NCBI RefSeq assembly: GCF_006345805.1
Contig: NW_021835953.1
Coordinates: forward strand, 62,001 to 126,000
Direction of reading: 5' to 3'
Length of the DNA: 64,000 nucleotides
DNA from: Octopus sinensis
Taxonomy: Eukaryota
The position numbers and the translations under genes are program-made. A model generated the notes under the pieces. It searched no databases. It had not been told where the DNA came from and was given only the letters and a program-made list of their open reading frames with translations. Numbering within the stretch: position 1 is the first letter of the stretch; each line of letters begins with the position of its first letter. Of this stretch, positions 12,780-26,148 are shown piece after piece.

Positions 12780-14330
12780 GAAATATAATGGATTTACTTT
12801 TACTTTGGACAAATATTGAAAGAATTCCGGTCAGCTTTATTTGTAAGAATTGTTTGGTGTCTGAAAATATGAAGCCCACAAAAATTAAAAACGTTTTGAT
12901 TCAAGACATTCCTTTATAATAATAAGACTATAGAATTGTCTTGAAAGGCTATCAGTACACAGAAACAATCTCTTGAGCAAGTTATTCACTCAATAGACAG
13001 AGTGAAATACTTAAGGGCATCTTTTGAAGCTGCTTATTTAATTGCAAGAGATAAAAGAAACCCCAAACAACATCGGCGAAGAACTTGTATTAGCAGCAGC
13101 AATGAAAACATCAGGAATTATTCATTGAAATAACATGCAGATGAATCAAAGTTCGTCTGCGAAATGATAATGTTGGTATTTGTATTTCAGAAATTAATAA
13201 TGATTAATTGGAGTAAATTATGCGAAGGTTTTTAAACAACGTCTCTAAACATGCAATTCAATTAGATGAAGCAAGTAAAATTACAAACTATAGTAATATA
13301 GAATAGGGTCCAGGAAGATTGGTTCGTTAGATGGAGACTTTGTAGCTAACAGTAGACGATAGGCACAGGAGCGGCTGTGTGGTAAGTAGCTTGCTTACCA
13401 ACCACATGGTTCCGGGTTCAGTCCTACTGCGTGGCACCTTGGGCAAGTGTCTTCTGCTATAGACCCGGGCCGACCAATGCCTTGTGAGTGGATTTGGTAG
13501 ACGGAAACTGAAAGAAGCCTGTCGTATATATGTATATATATATGTGTGTGTGTGTGTGTCTGTGTTTGTCCCCCTAGCATTGCTTGACAACCGATGCTGG
13601 TGTGTTTACGTCCCCGTCACTTAGCGGTTCGGCAAAAGAGACCGATAGAAAAAGTACTGGGCTTACAAAAGAATAAGTCCCGCGGTCGAATTCCTCGATT
13701 AAAGGCGGTGCTCCAGCATGGCCGCAGTCAAATGACTGAAACAGGTAAAAGAGAGATAGAACTAGGCCTTGGATGGTATAAATGTAATGTAGGATGTAAT
13801 AAAGATGCAGAAGCTATGATAAGGAGGGAAATTGGGGTTCAAGTTAAATTTGTAAGATAAAAACCCTATTTCTGTCACTTATTGCAATCTTCACTGAGAG
13901 GTGTTTGTTTCTCAGAAAATATTTCCAGATACTTTTGCAATATTACAAGAAGCGGTTAAAATTATTAACGTTATTAAAATTCTTGTTCTCAATAGTTTCC
14001 TCTTCTCTGAGAAAATGGCATCCAATTTCAGCAAAGTTTTATGAAGAACAGAAGTGTGATGAAGCTGAAATGGAGAAGCTTTGAAACAATTGTTAGAACT
14101 TTAAGAAAATGAAGACATAATATTCCTGCTGGGATTAAATTCAGATTTGTTTCACAATGAAGATTCGTTATACAAATTATTCTACTTGTCAGACGTTTTT
14201 GGACAACTTAATAAACGTAATATGTCTGTACAAAAGGGAAAAACACTGAAATTTTTTATTTAAATAAAAGATTCAAGCTTTCATTTAAGACAAATGAAAC
14301 ACATGGTTGATTGTAATGACTGATGCCACT
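12780..14330 (+). mobile_element. hAT (Charlie/Buster-like) transposase relic interrupted by a SINE
   Basis: ENMKPTKIK, LRASFEAAYLIARDK, IGEELVL, AIQLDE, LQEAVKIINVIK and LFYLSDVFGQLNKRNMSVQ in broken frames. Confidence 0.75.
13361..13753 (+). mobile_element. tRNA-derived SINE (full length)
   Basis: Homologous to 6765-7193. Confidence 0.88.
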
Positions 14331-15068
14331 TCCCCTCAGCTGAATTTCGTCGAGATACCTGTGCATCTGTCTCAATCTTCCACCACCGACCAGATATTTC
14401 TGCCGTCGACCTACATGCTGTTAACAATGGGAACCGGCTTCTTACACATTTTATGCCGTTGATGCTTCAAAGAGTCGAGGCTTAGGGTACATGTCAGCTG
14501 CAGATGGACAGCTACTTTCTCTGTCATTGTCGGTCTTAGGTCAGGTGAGGATGATTCTGATGGTTGGGTAGGGCTGCAACATAACCCTCAGAGAGAAAGA
14601 AAGAAAGAATTAGAGAAAGAGAGAGAGAGAGAGATGTTTGTGAGGATAAGAGACGACTCAGATGGTGCTTGGATTTGACGGTAATGTCCCACCGACACAC
14701 ATAGATGCGGGAGAGGAGAGCCGAGAAGCTTTCCGACTGGAACAGCGATTTCCAGCAGAAGACCCGTGCTGGGAAGGCAGCCATTCTCACAGATGTGTGC
14801 GACGAATCGAATTTGTTTCCTCATAACTCCCAACCAAGCGGACATTATTTAATTAAATTTTCTGTAAATACGCTTCAGATGGTGATCATTCTGATTATAT
14901 TGTCTGTGGGCGGAAAGATGAGTTTCGTAAAATTCACACGAATAGTCTGTGTTTGCTCAGAACTTTAACAAAAATGGGTTATTTTCTAATGTAATTTTCT
15001 ACAAATACGTTACAGTGTGTGTAAAATGCGATTATATTGGAATTTAATGTGGAAGGAAAAAATAATGA

Positions 15069-15128
<60 letters not shown>

Positions 15129-15274
15129 ACACACACAATGACGTACATCACAATTTTCTTCGAAATTTCAAGTTTCCTTTTGTCGATATGTGACCTGTTG
15201 TAATATGTATGTGTAATAATACACCAAATTAATTTTCTCATATTCATTTCCGATATAATTTTTCACGCTGAGAC

Positions 15275-15440
15275 TTGCTGAAGCATGGAACAAACTGCCG
15301 GCATCAGTTGTTAGTTGTTGGGGCACTGCATCCTTCAAAACTTCCATGCTTCCTGAGATTCGCCAACACTACACCTGATTTTCTCCCCTCCATACACACA
15401 CAAGCATGTATCTGACTCATACATTGTTCGCTTTCCAGAC
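15275..15440 (+). mobile_element. CR1/L2-type LINE 3' fragment
   Basis: AEAWNKLPASVVSC..TASFKTSM resembles the WN.LP..VV...S...FK terminus of CR1 ORF2. Confidence 0.55.
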
Positions 15441-15441
15441 A

Positions 15442-15482
15442 CCGGACTGCAGTTTCGAGGTTGTTGCCTCTTATCAACGGGC
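15442..15482 (-). ncRNA. Minimal type I hammerhead ribozyme, U3-A8 core variant
   Basis: ccg-TTGATAA-gagg caacaa cctc-GAAA-ctgcag-TC-cgg; palindromic stem III actgcagt. Confidence 0.7.
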
Positions 15483-16627
15483 GGTAATCACCGGATCACG
15501 ATGAAAGAGAAAGCCTGTATGCATATATATAAGAGTTTTTCTAGTAACTTCTGTCACTGATTTCGAAAAACTGTCTGCAAGCATTATTAAATCTCAGAAC
15601 GAGATGGAAACAGATAGTGTGCCTAAAGCCAGCTGGATACGATGATCTCCTGGGGCTAAAAGCTACAGTAACACCCACTCTTAGTGGTTAGCCATATTGA
15701 GATGGCTATTCTACTGTTGTGAATAGTTCAGGGACAGTACTTCTTGACCTACTTTGCTTGGCTTGGAGACGGGAAGTCTGCAGTGTAAAGTTATAGTCCT
15801 TTGTTCTGCCATGTTCTGGAAAGAGTAACGACTTAGGAAGTGACATTTTGGCCCCTACGGTCAGGGAAAGTTCAAGAAACCACCCTTTAAAATGCGACGC
15901 GCTGTGAGCTTGTGGTCAGTCGAGGACAGAGCAAGTGAGTAACAGGTTGTTTCTGCTGTGAGAGATGAAAGGCAGTTGGCAGTTGGGATTCATCGAGTTA
16001 GCAGTGGTTGTTCTGCTGTGACGATGTACTGAAAGAGGAAGACAGATAGAGAGTCTAAGGGGCTGACAGGCGAGAGTGTGACGGTAACGTAAGAGAGAGG
16101 GAGATACACAGAGAACTGAGAGATGACGGGCGAGAGCGTGAGAGGATGACAGCGTTGGGAGAGACGGACACAGAGAACTGAGGGCGAAGGAGGAATTACG
16201 GCGGATAGAAGGCACAGCTGTTATAGTAGGAATTGTTACTTTATGTGGTATTTATGTTCAGAATTGTTGTGGAAAAAAAAGGCTAAAGAAATGCATAAAG
16301 ACATTGTGTTAAAGAATTAATGTGAAAAGAAAGAGAGTAAAAAGAAAGAACAGTGCTAAAGGCTGAAATGCTAAAGAATTGAACAATGGGAATTGAGTAA
16401 AGGACTTGTTGATGTGTTGATTATTGAGTTGTGTTACTTATGTAAAAGAAAGAAAAAGACTTTGAAGGACTTTGAACTGTAGCGTGTATTGTTGAACATT
16501 GATTTGTAACGTGAATTATTTGTCTATGAACACTGTATATTGCATCTGCATGCTGTTGTTTCCTTCTTTGATATATCTGATGTTTTCTTTAAATGTATTT
16601 GATGTTGTAATGATTATTATAAACTAG

Positions 16628-16816
16628 TGTTAAATGCAGCCGATTGCCTTTGTGTCTCTCTCTGTGTCTCTCTCCTCTCTGAGTTCCGTGGCGAACTTTC
16701 CCGACCGATCGAGCCTGGTCAATCATCGTCGCTCGACTTATTGGGATCTCGGGTTCGAGTTCGAGCGACGACAGGTCGTAACAATACTTTACATTGTCGA
16801 GCGGTTACTGTTTACA
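16628..16816. mobile_element. Possible solo LTR
   Basis: TGT...ACA termini, CpG-rich, flanked by actag/tctag (5-bp TSD with one mismatch). Confidence 0.35.
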
Positions 16817-16949
16817 TCTAGTTCTGAGATTTAAAAAACAAATACAATTTAAAGCGAGAAGGGATTCAATAAGAGTTATTGTTCTTACCCTTTCAACGTT
16901 GACACCTCCCACCACATTGTATAATGTAGACTGACTCCGCCCATTTTGC

Positions 16950-19339
16950 TTTCTTTATTAACTCATACCTTTCCCCTATTACTAAATATATATCGTCCAA
17001 TAAGCGCGCTCTCCCTCTTTGTCTGTCTCTTTCTCTTCGCCTCCGTCTCCCACCTCCTCATATATTACCCAATGCTTCACCCTCCCTCGCTTTTAGTCTT
17101 AATTCCCTCTGTCTGTACCTCACTAAACCCATAATGCATTTTTATACTCTTTCTCCCTCCCCTACAAAACATATCCTCCCACTTCTCCCTCTTTGTCTTC
17201 TTTCTCTCAGAACCTCATTATATATTCATTTTAATCACCGCCCACCTCCCTTGCAAACGCGTTCACCTCTTCTTCTCCCTCACTAACTGTATATCTGTCT
17301 CTCTTTTTCTGTGTGTGTATCTCTCTCTCTCTCTCTCTCTCTCTCTCCCACGCATTCTGTCTGTCTCCCTCCCACTCTCTGCTTCCTCATACATTAATAT
17401 ATCCCTCCCCTTCCCTAGGGTTTCTCTCTCTCACACACTCTTTATTTCCTTCTCTCTCTATCTCCCCACCTCCTTATATCTTACCCTCTCCCTCTTCCTC
17501 TCCTTTTATTCCTAAGAAACCTTACTTTCTTACAAATAAATTATATTTTCAGATTTACCTTCAAATTTCTCTCTCGCTAATTATTTTACCAGAAGCTAAT
17601 TATTTAACTAACCATTAATTACATAATTACTGTGTAGTTCTTAATTGAGCAAATTAAATAGCCGAGACATTGACGGACAATTTAAGAAGCATTTATTCAA
17701 AGAATCGTCCTACACGTGGTTTGACATCCTGCTAGAAATAACAGCCCACTACACTCAATGTTGCTTTGTTTTTCATAGAAAATTGAAAGACAATTTAAGA
17801 AGCATTTATAAAACTTTTTCCCGGATCTGGTCAGACTTCTTCCTCGAATGAGAAACCAAGTGAAGAAGCGTCAATAAAACGTATTGGAGGTCTGTTATCT
17901 TGCTAGAAATAACAGCCCACCACACTATACTTTACATCGTTTTTATGAAGGTCACTTTAAGAAGCATCTGGAGAAATATAGTCCAATTGGGGATCAAATG
18001 TGATGCTAAAAATAACAGCCAAGTATGTTAAAGTTTGGTTTTGTGTTTCATATGAAAATGAAGGACACTTCGAAACTCTTCTCTCTCCTTCCTCATTCTG
18101 TATTAATACCTCATCCTCCCCCTCTTCCTTTCTCTAATATATGACTCCCTCTCTTATCACACACATAATTCCTTCTCCTTCTCTACTCCTCTCCCTCTCC
18201 CTCTTTTACTTATTTATGTTATTGTTTAACCCCGCCTCCCTCATCCCTCGTTTTCTCTCAACTCTTACTCTCCCTCCCTCACAAAGCCTATATCTCATAC
18301 GTCATCTCTGTTTCCTTCCCCCTCCCTTACTTTTTGTCTCTCTCCCTCCCTCTTTACCACCTCATATCTCATACTCTCCCTGTATCTCTTTTGCGCTCCG
18401 CCCCACGTCACACTCTCCCTCTCTTTCTAAACCTATGTATCATTCTCTCTCTCCCTCCACCTCCTTATATAATATTCTTTCATTCTCTTACCTCATTCTT
18501 TCCCTCCCTTTCTCCTCCCATTCCATCTCCCTCTCTTTCTCTATGTCTGTCTTTCTCTCTCTTTGCTCTCTTGATTTCTCTATTTCAGTCTCTCTCTTTC
18601 GCCCTCTCGCTTCTTATGTCTCTCTCTGTCTCCGTGTCTCTGTTTGTCTGTCTCTCTCTTTCTCCCTCTCTCCCTCTCCCTCTCTCTATTACCTTATTAT
18701 ATATTAATGCTCCGCCTTTTTACTCTTTGTCTCTCATCTCATACTCCTCCTCTCTTCTTAACATTTATTACTCTAATCCCTCCTCCTTCCTCCCCTCTCC
18801 CTATTTCTTCTCATCATTTTTTTACAGAATTACGTGGCCTTTCTCTCTCTCATTCTTTCTTTCTTTTTTGTTTCCTCCTTTCTTTTTCTTTCTTTCTTTC
18901 TTTCCTTCCTTTTCCTTTCTTTCTTTCCTTCTTTCTTTCTTTCGTTCTTTCTTTCATTCTTTCTTCCTTTCTTTTTTCTTCCTTTCTTTCTTTCATTCTT
19001 CTTTGTTTGTTTGTCTCTTTCCTTCTTTCTTCATTTCTCTCATTCTGTCTTTCTTTCCTTCTTCTATTTTCCTTATTTTTTGTTTTTCTTTCTGTTTTTC
19101 ATTTCCTTCTTCTTACCCTTCATTCATGTTTCTTTCTTCGCTCTCATCTTTCCTTCTTCTTTCCTTCTTTCCTTTTTCTTCCTTTCTTTTTTTTTGTCGT
19201 TGCTTCGTTTCCTTTCCTTTTCTCCTTTTTCTCTCTCTCCCTCTCGCCCTGCTCTTATCCTTCTCACTTTCTTTCCTTCTTTCTTTTTTCCTTTTTTCCC
19301 TTCATTCTTTCTAACTTTCCCTCTTTTTCCTACTATCCT

Positions 19340-19376
<37 letters not shown>

Positions 19377-19498
19377 TTCCCTTTTTTCTTTCTTTCCTTC
19401 TTTCTTCCGCTCTCATTTCATGCATTATTACAGAATCACGTTACTTTTTTCCTTCCTTGCTCTTTTCTTTCATTCCTTCTTTTTTTCTCTTTTCATTC

Positions 19499-19540
<42 letters not shown>

Positions 19541-19650
19541 TTTCATTCTTTCCTTCTTTTTACTCTCTCTCACTCTCTTTCTTTCCCTTAATCTCATTGT
19601 TTCCCTCCCAAAACTATTTCGACTTTTATAAAAGAATCTCACCTCTCTAT
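16950..19650 (+). repeat. Long polypyrimidine (CT/CTTT) low-complexity region with interspersed gctagaaataacagcc-containing repeats
   Basis: Direct inspection; repeat motif at ~17730, ~17900, ~18005 and just downstream at ~19775, ~19880. Confidence 0.9.
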
Positions 19651-20384
19651 TGTCTCGCATCATTCGTGAAACAGCAAGCAAAAACCTTGATATTTCTAAA
19701 GTTTTTATTTTATAAAAGCAGGACACTTGAGGAAGCGTCTATCAAATATATTGTCCTACAGGTGGTTGAGTAATATGCTAGAAATAACAGTTTAGTATTT
19801 TGTATCGCTTTTCATGAAGGATTAAAGGAGACTTTAAGAAGCATCTGGAGGAATATTATCCAATTGGTGGTCCTTCCTGATGCTAGAAATAACAGCCAAG
19901 TATATCAAAGTCACTCATATAAAATCCTCTCTCTCCTCTTCAGCATATATTAATATATCACCCCAAATCTAACCCGAATACTCCTAACCTCTAAGCCACT
20001 TCACTCCAGCGACCATGTAAACTGTGTGATGATTGCAGGCAGAGTGAAAGGAAAAGTAAAGAATTGGAAATGTGAAAAAGCGAAATAAAAAACGAATCAG
20101 TGACGTGGAGTCGCAATCTGTACTAATTCCATTGATCAATGTTCGATATTTATCGATAATGTGTTATAAACACTATTTTATATTATTCTCACTCTTTTTA
20201 ATAATAGGCATCATTCGCCGTCGCTCCGTCCCTTTCTCTCCCTCCACACACCGCACGATGCTCTCTGAAGCGGCGTTCCATCCAGATGTCCTCACATCCG
20301 TTTCTCTCATCAATAGGCGAACCGTTGTTCCGTCCGTCTCTTTGCCATTGTCGGCCGACACGTGTGTGTGTGTCCGTCCATATA

Positions 20385-20629
20385 TTGGGTTGGTCCATAA
20401 TTATGCGGTTTTTTTCAATAAATTTTATTCAACAAAATCAATAACATGTAGCAAAAACATCTTTAAATCATTATTCCGGAGCATATTCACCATCTACTTC
20501 AATAACCGCTTCCCATTCGCTTGACAGACGGTCAGACCGTCATGTAAAGATGTTTTGATAAATATTTTTATTGTTTTTGTTGAATAATATTTGTTGAAAA
20601 GAAGCCGCAATAATTATGCACCAACCCAA
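20385..20629. mobile_element. Mariner-type MITE
   Basis: TIRs ttgggttggtccataattat / ataattatgcaccaacccaa, flanked by TA on both sides. Confidence 0.8.
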
Positions 20630-21960
20630 TATTTTACCTGACCCTGGGATGGTGTGATATCTTGAATTGAGCGTGACATGGATTAAAGTGAGGGAAGGTT
20701 GCACAATAGCATCTGGCTCACTCTCTCGTCCCTTCCTCTGTGATTCCAGTGGAAGGATGAAGTCAAGAAAACTACAGACAGGTTGCAGTTCACCCTCCAC
20801 AAAGCTTGCGGGTCCGTTGAGCCTGTCTAGTGGTTTCCTCAGCACACTCAACCGGTTCACATCCTTAGATAGACAAGCCCTAGCCCACCAATGGTTAAAG
20901 GCCGTGTGCTACCCTTACCATGGTTTAGCCAGCCTCTGGAAGCCGTGACTCTGGGTGTGAATACTGTTGCATGCAGATAGCATTGATGAACCACAGGTGA
21001 GAGGTGGGAGTCACGGAAGGACCAAACCGGACGGACTACTCCAAGGAGGACTACATATTCCCCTGATAGAGGTACTACTTGACCCAGATACACCTTGCAC
21101 CCTAGAACATAATTTACAAGGGCAAAGAAAGCTTGAATGATGCGGGTCCAGAGTCGGCTTCTTGCCTTCAGACCCAGCAGACAACCATTACCCGACCTGT
21201 GGGGCGGAGAATGCATCGGACAGGACGGCAACAACCGGACACACCTTTACCCATCTTCTTCACCCTTCTTATGTATTTGGTCATCGTCGACAACGACGGA
21301 AGAACTGCCCCTGACTTGCTATTCCTCTAAGATGAAAATACAAACATGCTAATCTCTCTCTCTTTTCTCCCTGTCTCTGTCTCTCTCTCTCTCACTGTCT
21401 CTGTCTCAGTCTGTCTATATGTCTGTCTCTCACCCCTGTCTCTCCTCCTCTCACTCTTCCTGCCTGTCTAGCCTTTTCTCTCTCTGTCCCTATCCGTCTC
21501 CCTCTCTCTCTTTCTCTCAAACTCTCTCTTTCTCCTCCCTCTCTCTTGTCTCTCACTCCCACTCTCTGTCTTTCTCTCTCTGTCAGTCTCAACGAAGGAA
21601 TTTAATTAACAACGGAAAGGGAAGTAATACTTCATACTCAACACAAGAGTTATTGCCCTTCAAATGTTGAATTTACGTTTCGTCGTAAGAGAAATGATAA
21701 TACAATATTGCAGCTATGATAATTCCGATTTACGGCTAGGATAATCCTATTCTGTATACATCTTAAAAAGTTTAAAATTTTAAGATTTAATATTAAATAT
21801 ACAAAACAGGCGCTATCGTGGCTGCGTGGTTAAGAATCTTGTTTTCCAGCCATGTGATCGTGGGTTCAATCACACTGCCTCTATCCTTGGAAATTTGTCT
21901 TCTATTCAAGCAAAGGTTTATATGTATACATATATCGTATGTATGTATGTATATTTAGTG

Positions 21961-22270
21961 AAGGCGCGTGGCTTAGTGGTTGGGGCATTCGACTCAACAT
22001 TGTAAGGTCGTGAGTTCGATTCCCGGCGACGCGTTGTGTCCTTGAGCAAGACACTTCATTTCACGTTGCTCCAGTCCACTCAGCTGGCAAAAATGAGTTC
22101 TACTTGTATTTCAAAGGGCCAGCCTTGTCACACTCTGAATCTCTCTGAGAACAACGTTAGGGGTACGCGTGTCTGTGGATTGCTCAGCCACTTGCACGTC
22201 AATTTCACTAGCGGGCTGTTCCGTTGATCGAATCGGCTGGTACCCTCGTCGTCGTAACCGACGGAGCGCT
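21961..22270 (+). mobile_element. Second tRNA-derived SINE family
   Basis: Head ggcgcgtggcttagtgg...gagttcgattccc followed by tgtgtccttgagcaagacact core-like block. Confidence 0.7.
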
Positions 22271-22278
22271 CCTATCTC

Positions 22279-22389
<111 letters not shown>

Positions 22390-22431
22390 AAACACACACA
22401 CATTCATACACATATATATGTATATAGACAC

Positions 22432-22503
<72 letters not shown>

Positions 22504-22548
22504 AAATACAAGATGGGCCAAGAACGCAAAACATCCGGACAACTAGGG

Positions 22549-22585
<37 letters not shown>

Positions 22586-22619
22586 CGTATGTACGTATGT
22601 ATGTATGTATGTGTTTGTG

Positions 22620-23070
22620 ACTTTGTAAACTTTGCTTTCCACACAAAATGCATATCCAGTTTGAACCAGCAAGAGCTGCATTTACGTTCTGATCTTTGTG
22701 GATCTTAAAATGTATTTTGAGGCCTCCCTTAGATTTGCAGACCTTCTAGCATACACGGCATTGAAAGTTGTGCACAGATATATAGACAGAATGGCTGGTG
22801 GAGGTTCGTTGTTCAAGGGTCCGCAAATGAGATTTGAGTCCAGCAAGAGAAATTTCAGAGATTCTGCTCACAAAAAAATAAATACTGAGATTCATATTCT
22901 CGTTGATAATAACATTTTTTCTTCGAAATTCTTTTCACTTTTCATTGGGGCATCCTGGTTCTTCAAAACTTTCATTGCATTTTTGTTCGCCATCCAACTC
23001 GGTCTCATGCAAGGGTTTCTATGGCTTTTGGATCAATTCCCACTGACTCTGACTTCACGATATTTTGTTA
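22620..23070 (-). mobile_element. RTE (BovB/Expander-like) LINE 3' fragment with C2H2 zinc fingers
   Basis: ETLA*DRVGWR, AGLKSHLR and C..C.KVCKSKGGLKIHFKIH, typical of RTE ORF C-termini. Confidence 0.65.
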
Positions 23071-23109
23071 TACAGTCCTTAATATATATATACAAAAACA
23101 AACGATAAA

Positions 23110-23700
23110 TGCTCTTGTAGGGATAAATCAAAATGTCCTTTGATGAACCTCTGTATGAGTACAAATCATGTATATAAATGTACCGTGCACAGAAAGCGAG
23201 GGCCCTATGTTTACATTGGGCAGACGGTTGATTCATTTAAGAATCGTTTTCGTAATCATGTTGCCAGCTTTAGGTCAATCAATAAGAGACATTCGACATC
23301 TTTGGCAGATTTTATATGGCGACTGAAGGAGGCTAATAGGAAATAATACATCACTTAGTCCGTAGTTTGGCATGCAAAACCATACAGTGCAATTTCCAGG
23401 AGATGCCGTCTCTGCTCCGAGGAATCCCTGTCTATTCTGTGGACTAACGAAAAGTTACTTAATAGAATTTCTGAAAAACTACGGAGACTAGTAATTTTAA
23501 TATTTCTATTATTGAAAACAAGTGAATGTATTCCACTGTAACTAGGTAAATAAAATCTTCGAACAGACGGTTAGTAGCGACACCTGCGGGTCTGACTACG
23601 CTGCATTGATAAAGGGCAACAACTCTGAAACATGTCTGCAGCTGTCTGACTAGCAAGGTGAAACGGTTGACCTCCCCTGTTCGAAGGTTTGTAATGGACG
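23110..23700 (+). mobile_element. Penelope-like element 3' fragment (GIY-YIG endonuclease)
   Basis: CPLMNLC..NHVYKCTV..YIGQTVDSFKNRFRNHVASF..TSLADFIWRLK..PYSAISRRCRLC.EE..LLN. Confidence 0.85.
23600..23642 (+). ncRNA. Minimal type I hammerhead ribozyme, U3-A8 core variant, in Penelope 3' end
   Basis: gctgca-TTGATAA-aggg caacaa ctct-GAAA-catg-TC-tgcagc; 6-bp stem I, palindromic stem III acatgt. Confidence 0.72.
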
Positions 23701-24235
23701 CAAGTTCGTGTGTCAAATAGCTAGCTAGAGGCGATGGCCTCTTGGAGCTAATCAGCGACAGTTTTAGTCTTATATTTATAGACTACCATATTAGTATGGC
23801 GATAACTATTAATAACGAGATGCCTACGCGCATATAAATGTACTTTCGCACAATGCAGTGGGAATGAATTTTATTTTATTTTACTTTAAGGTATGGGTGA
23901 CTTAAATTTACTTTAAACCTCCCCGTTCTTCTAAACACCTACTAAATATCTAACTCGCTTTGTAATTATGAGTGCGCCTAACCTCGCGTGTGCCTATGCT
24001 CACATTTTTTCTAATGCTTGTATGAGCGTGTGTACTCGTGACATGCAGCTTACCCGAGGGCATTTATACATCCATATCGGTTAACGGTTATTTTCAATAC
24101 TTTTCTCGCTGGATTAAGTTTTCGTTTCTCCTTTTGTCTTCTGCAATTTTATTTTTGGATTTTCTATATATATGAAGAGCCCTCCGCAGGACCAAGCATA
24201 AAGGCCGCCCTATCGGGCGACATTTACTTTACTGA

Positions 24236-24264
<29 letters not shown>

Positions 24265-24267
<3 letters not shown>

Positions 24268-24790
24268 AATGAGAATTTACAAAAAAAAACGAAGACGGGT
24301 GTGTAAACAACAAACGTATTAGTTTAACGCTCGGGAAGTGAGAAAGACTTTTACGTTTCGATCCTACGCTCTTCGACAGGTAAGAACACAAAAATAAACA
24401 GGGAGAGAAAATCGAAAAAGGTTTAGTGGCTAGCGATCCATCATGGCGAATGCCGGACAGAGGGCTCACACAGGAGAGCTAGGAAAAAAGGGAGATAATA
24501 AAGTAGTGGTGATACCAAAGCGAAGGTGCGCGTGCGTCTATGTGAGACCGTATATATACGTGTTGAAGCGGGTTCGTGACATTGATGTGTGCGTGTGCGC
24601 ATGTGTAGTTATGTGGATGATGGTGTGGGTGGTGCGAAGTAGTCAGTGCTAGTGTGTGCGTGGTGGTGTGATGTGATATGGTGTGGTATTGTGGTTTGAT
24701 GGTGTGTGGTTGTGTGGTGTGGTGGTGTACGGTGTGGTGGTGTACGGTGTGGTGGTGTGGGGTGTCGGGGAGACGACAGAGGGCGAAGCA
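24265..24790 (-). mobile_element. Penelope-like 3' end / pseudo-LTR fragment related to 52380-52700
   Basis: Shares ctgt(c/t)gaagagcgtagg(a/c)tcgaaacgt hammerhead-like motif (~24345-24380) and flanks with ~52400-52560. Confidence 0.65.
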
Positions 24791-25012
24791 AGTGTGGTGT
24801 CTACTTTCAACTTACGTTGAAAGTTTGCTTTAGATACATTGAGATGTATTGAAAGATACAGGTAAGAAAACTGTTTTATTCTGAAACGCAGGATAACGCT
24901 AACAACACAGCACGAACTTTGTTGAATTTCAACGTAAGTTCAATTTAACGTAGGATAGCGTCTTACAGAGCTAATTTTTATATTCTAAATTTACAGAAGA
25001 ATTTGTTGTTCG

Positions 25013-25084
25013 GGCAGTTTAGCTCAATGGTAAAGTAACTGACGTGTAATCACAGGGATGTGAGTTAGAGTCTCATGGATGGCC
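25013..25084 (+). pseudogene. tRNA-like sequence (degenerate tRNA or SINE head)
   Basis: tagctcaatggta A-box, gtgag ttagagt ctcat T-arm; acceptor and anticodon stems imperfect. Confidence 0.45.
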
Positions 25085-25290
25085 GACAGATTTTTCTGCA
25101 AAATATGGATAGTTTATCCTGTTTATGCTATATTATCAGCATTAATCTACGTTTGAGAATTAAAACATTTCCTTATCTGTATCATACGTACATACATCAC
25201 GTGATCACGTGACCGACCAGACCATCAGATGTTGTTACACATCGCTGGTCACAATGCGTTCGCATACCTACATACATACATACATACACA

Positions 25291-25346
<56 letters not shown>

Positions 25347-25482
25347 CATAACTAATATATATATAACCAATAGCTAAATTCTTTGGCTGCTATTTCTAAG
25401 AGATCGGTATGTGGTAAAGCATAACCCTAATTATATAAATTATATATTGCTGAACCCTAATTATATAAAGTAATGTTATATG

Positions 25483-25591
<109 letters not shown>

Positions 25592-25605
25592 ATATATATA
25601 TATAT

Positions 25606-26099
25606 GGAATGGTCATATTGCCAGTTTAGCCAATAAAAACACACGCACTATATATTTGGTGTTATTTTGCTTCAGTGATATTTATTATTTACATTAATCT
25701 TAATCTTATTTCGGCCAAAGTTCTTTCGTCACACTCCTGTGACCGCATCAGTGGTCCTTTGTTTTCTTCTCACTTACTTGTGTCTCTCCTTACTAACCGT
25801 CAGCCATTTTGTATTTCTATTGTATGTCTTCATTTGCGCATGCTTATATCTCTATGTGCGTCTATGTTTATTTAGTGTGTGTGTGGGGGGGATGCCTGTA
25901 ATATTTGTATCTTCTGGTTATATACATTCTTGTAATTTGTATTTTGTTTTTGTTGTTGTTGCTTTTGTTCTAATTTTGTTCATGTGTTTACATCCACCCA
26001 TTATTATCATTACATATGCTTGTATGTATGTATAACTACAATATTAGTAATAATAATAATAAATCTAATCGAAAAAAAAAAAAATATATATATATATAT

Positions 26100-26148
<49 letters not shown>

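Noticed and set aside
18141-19773. Long ORFs of 188-326 aa rich in F/L/S
   Set aside because: Artefact of a stop-free polypyrimidine tract; open in all three frames
20690-21330. ORFs including a GGLGL motif as a LINE RT fragment
   Set aside because: One short motif is insufficient to assign; left unannotated
25013-25084. Functional tRNA gene
   Set aside because: T-loop lacks TTC and the acceptor/anticodon stems are mismatched
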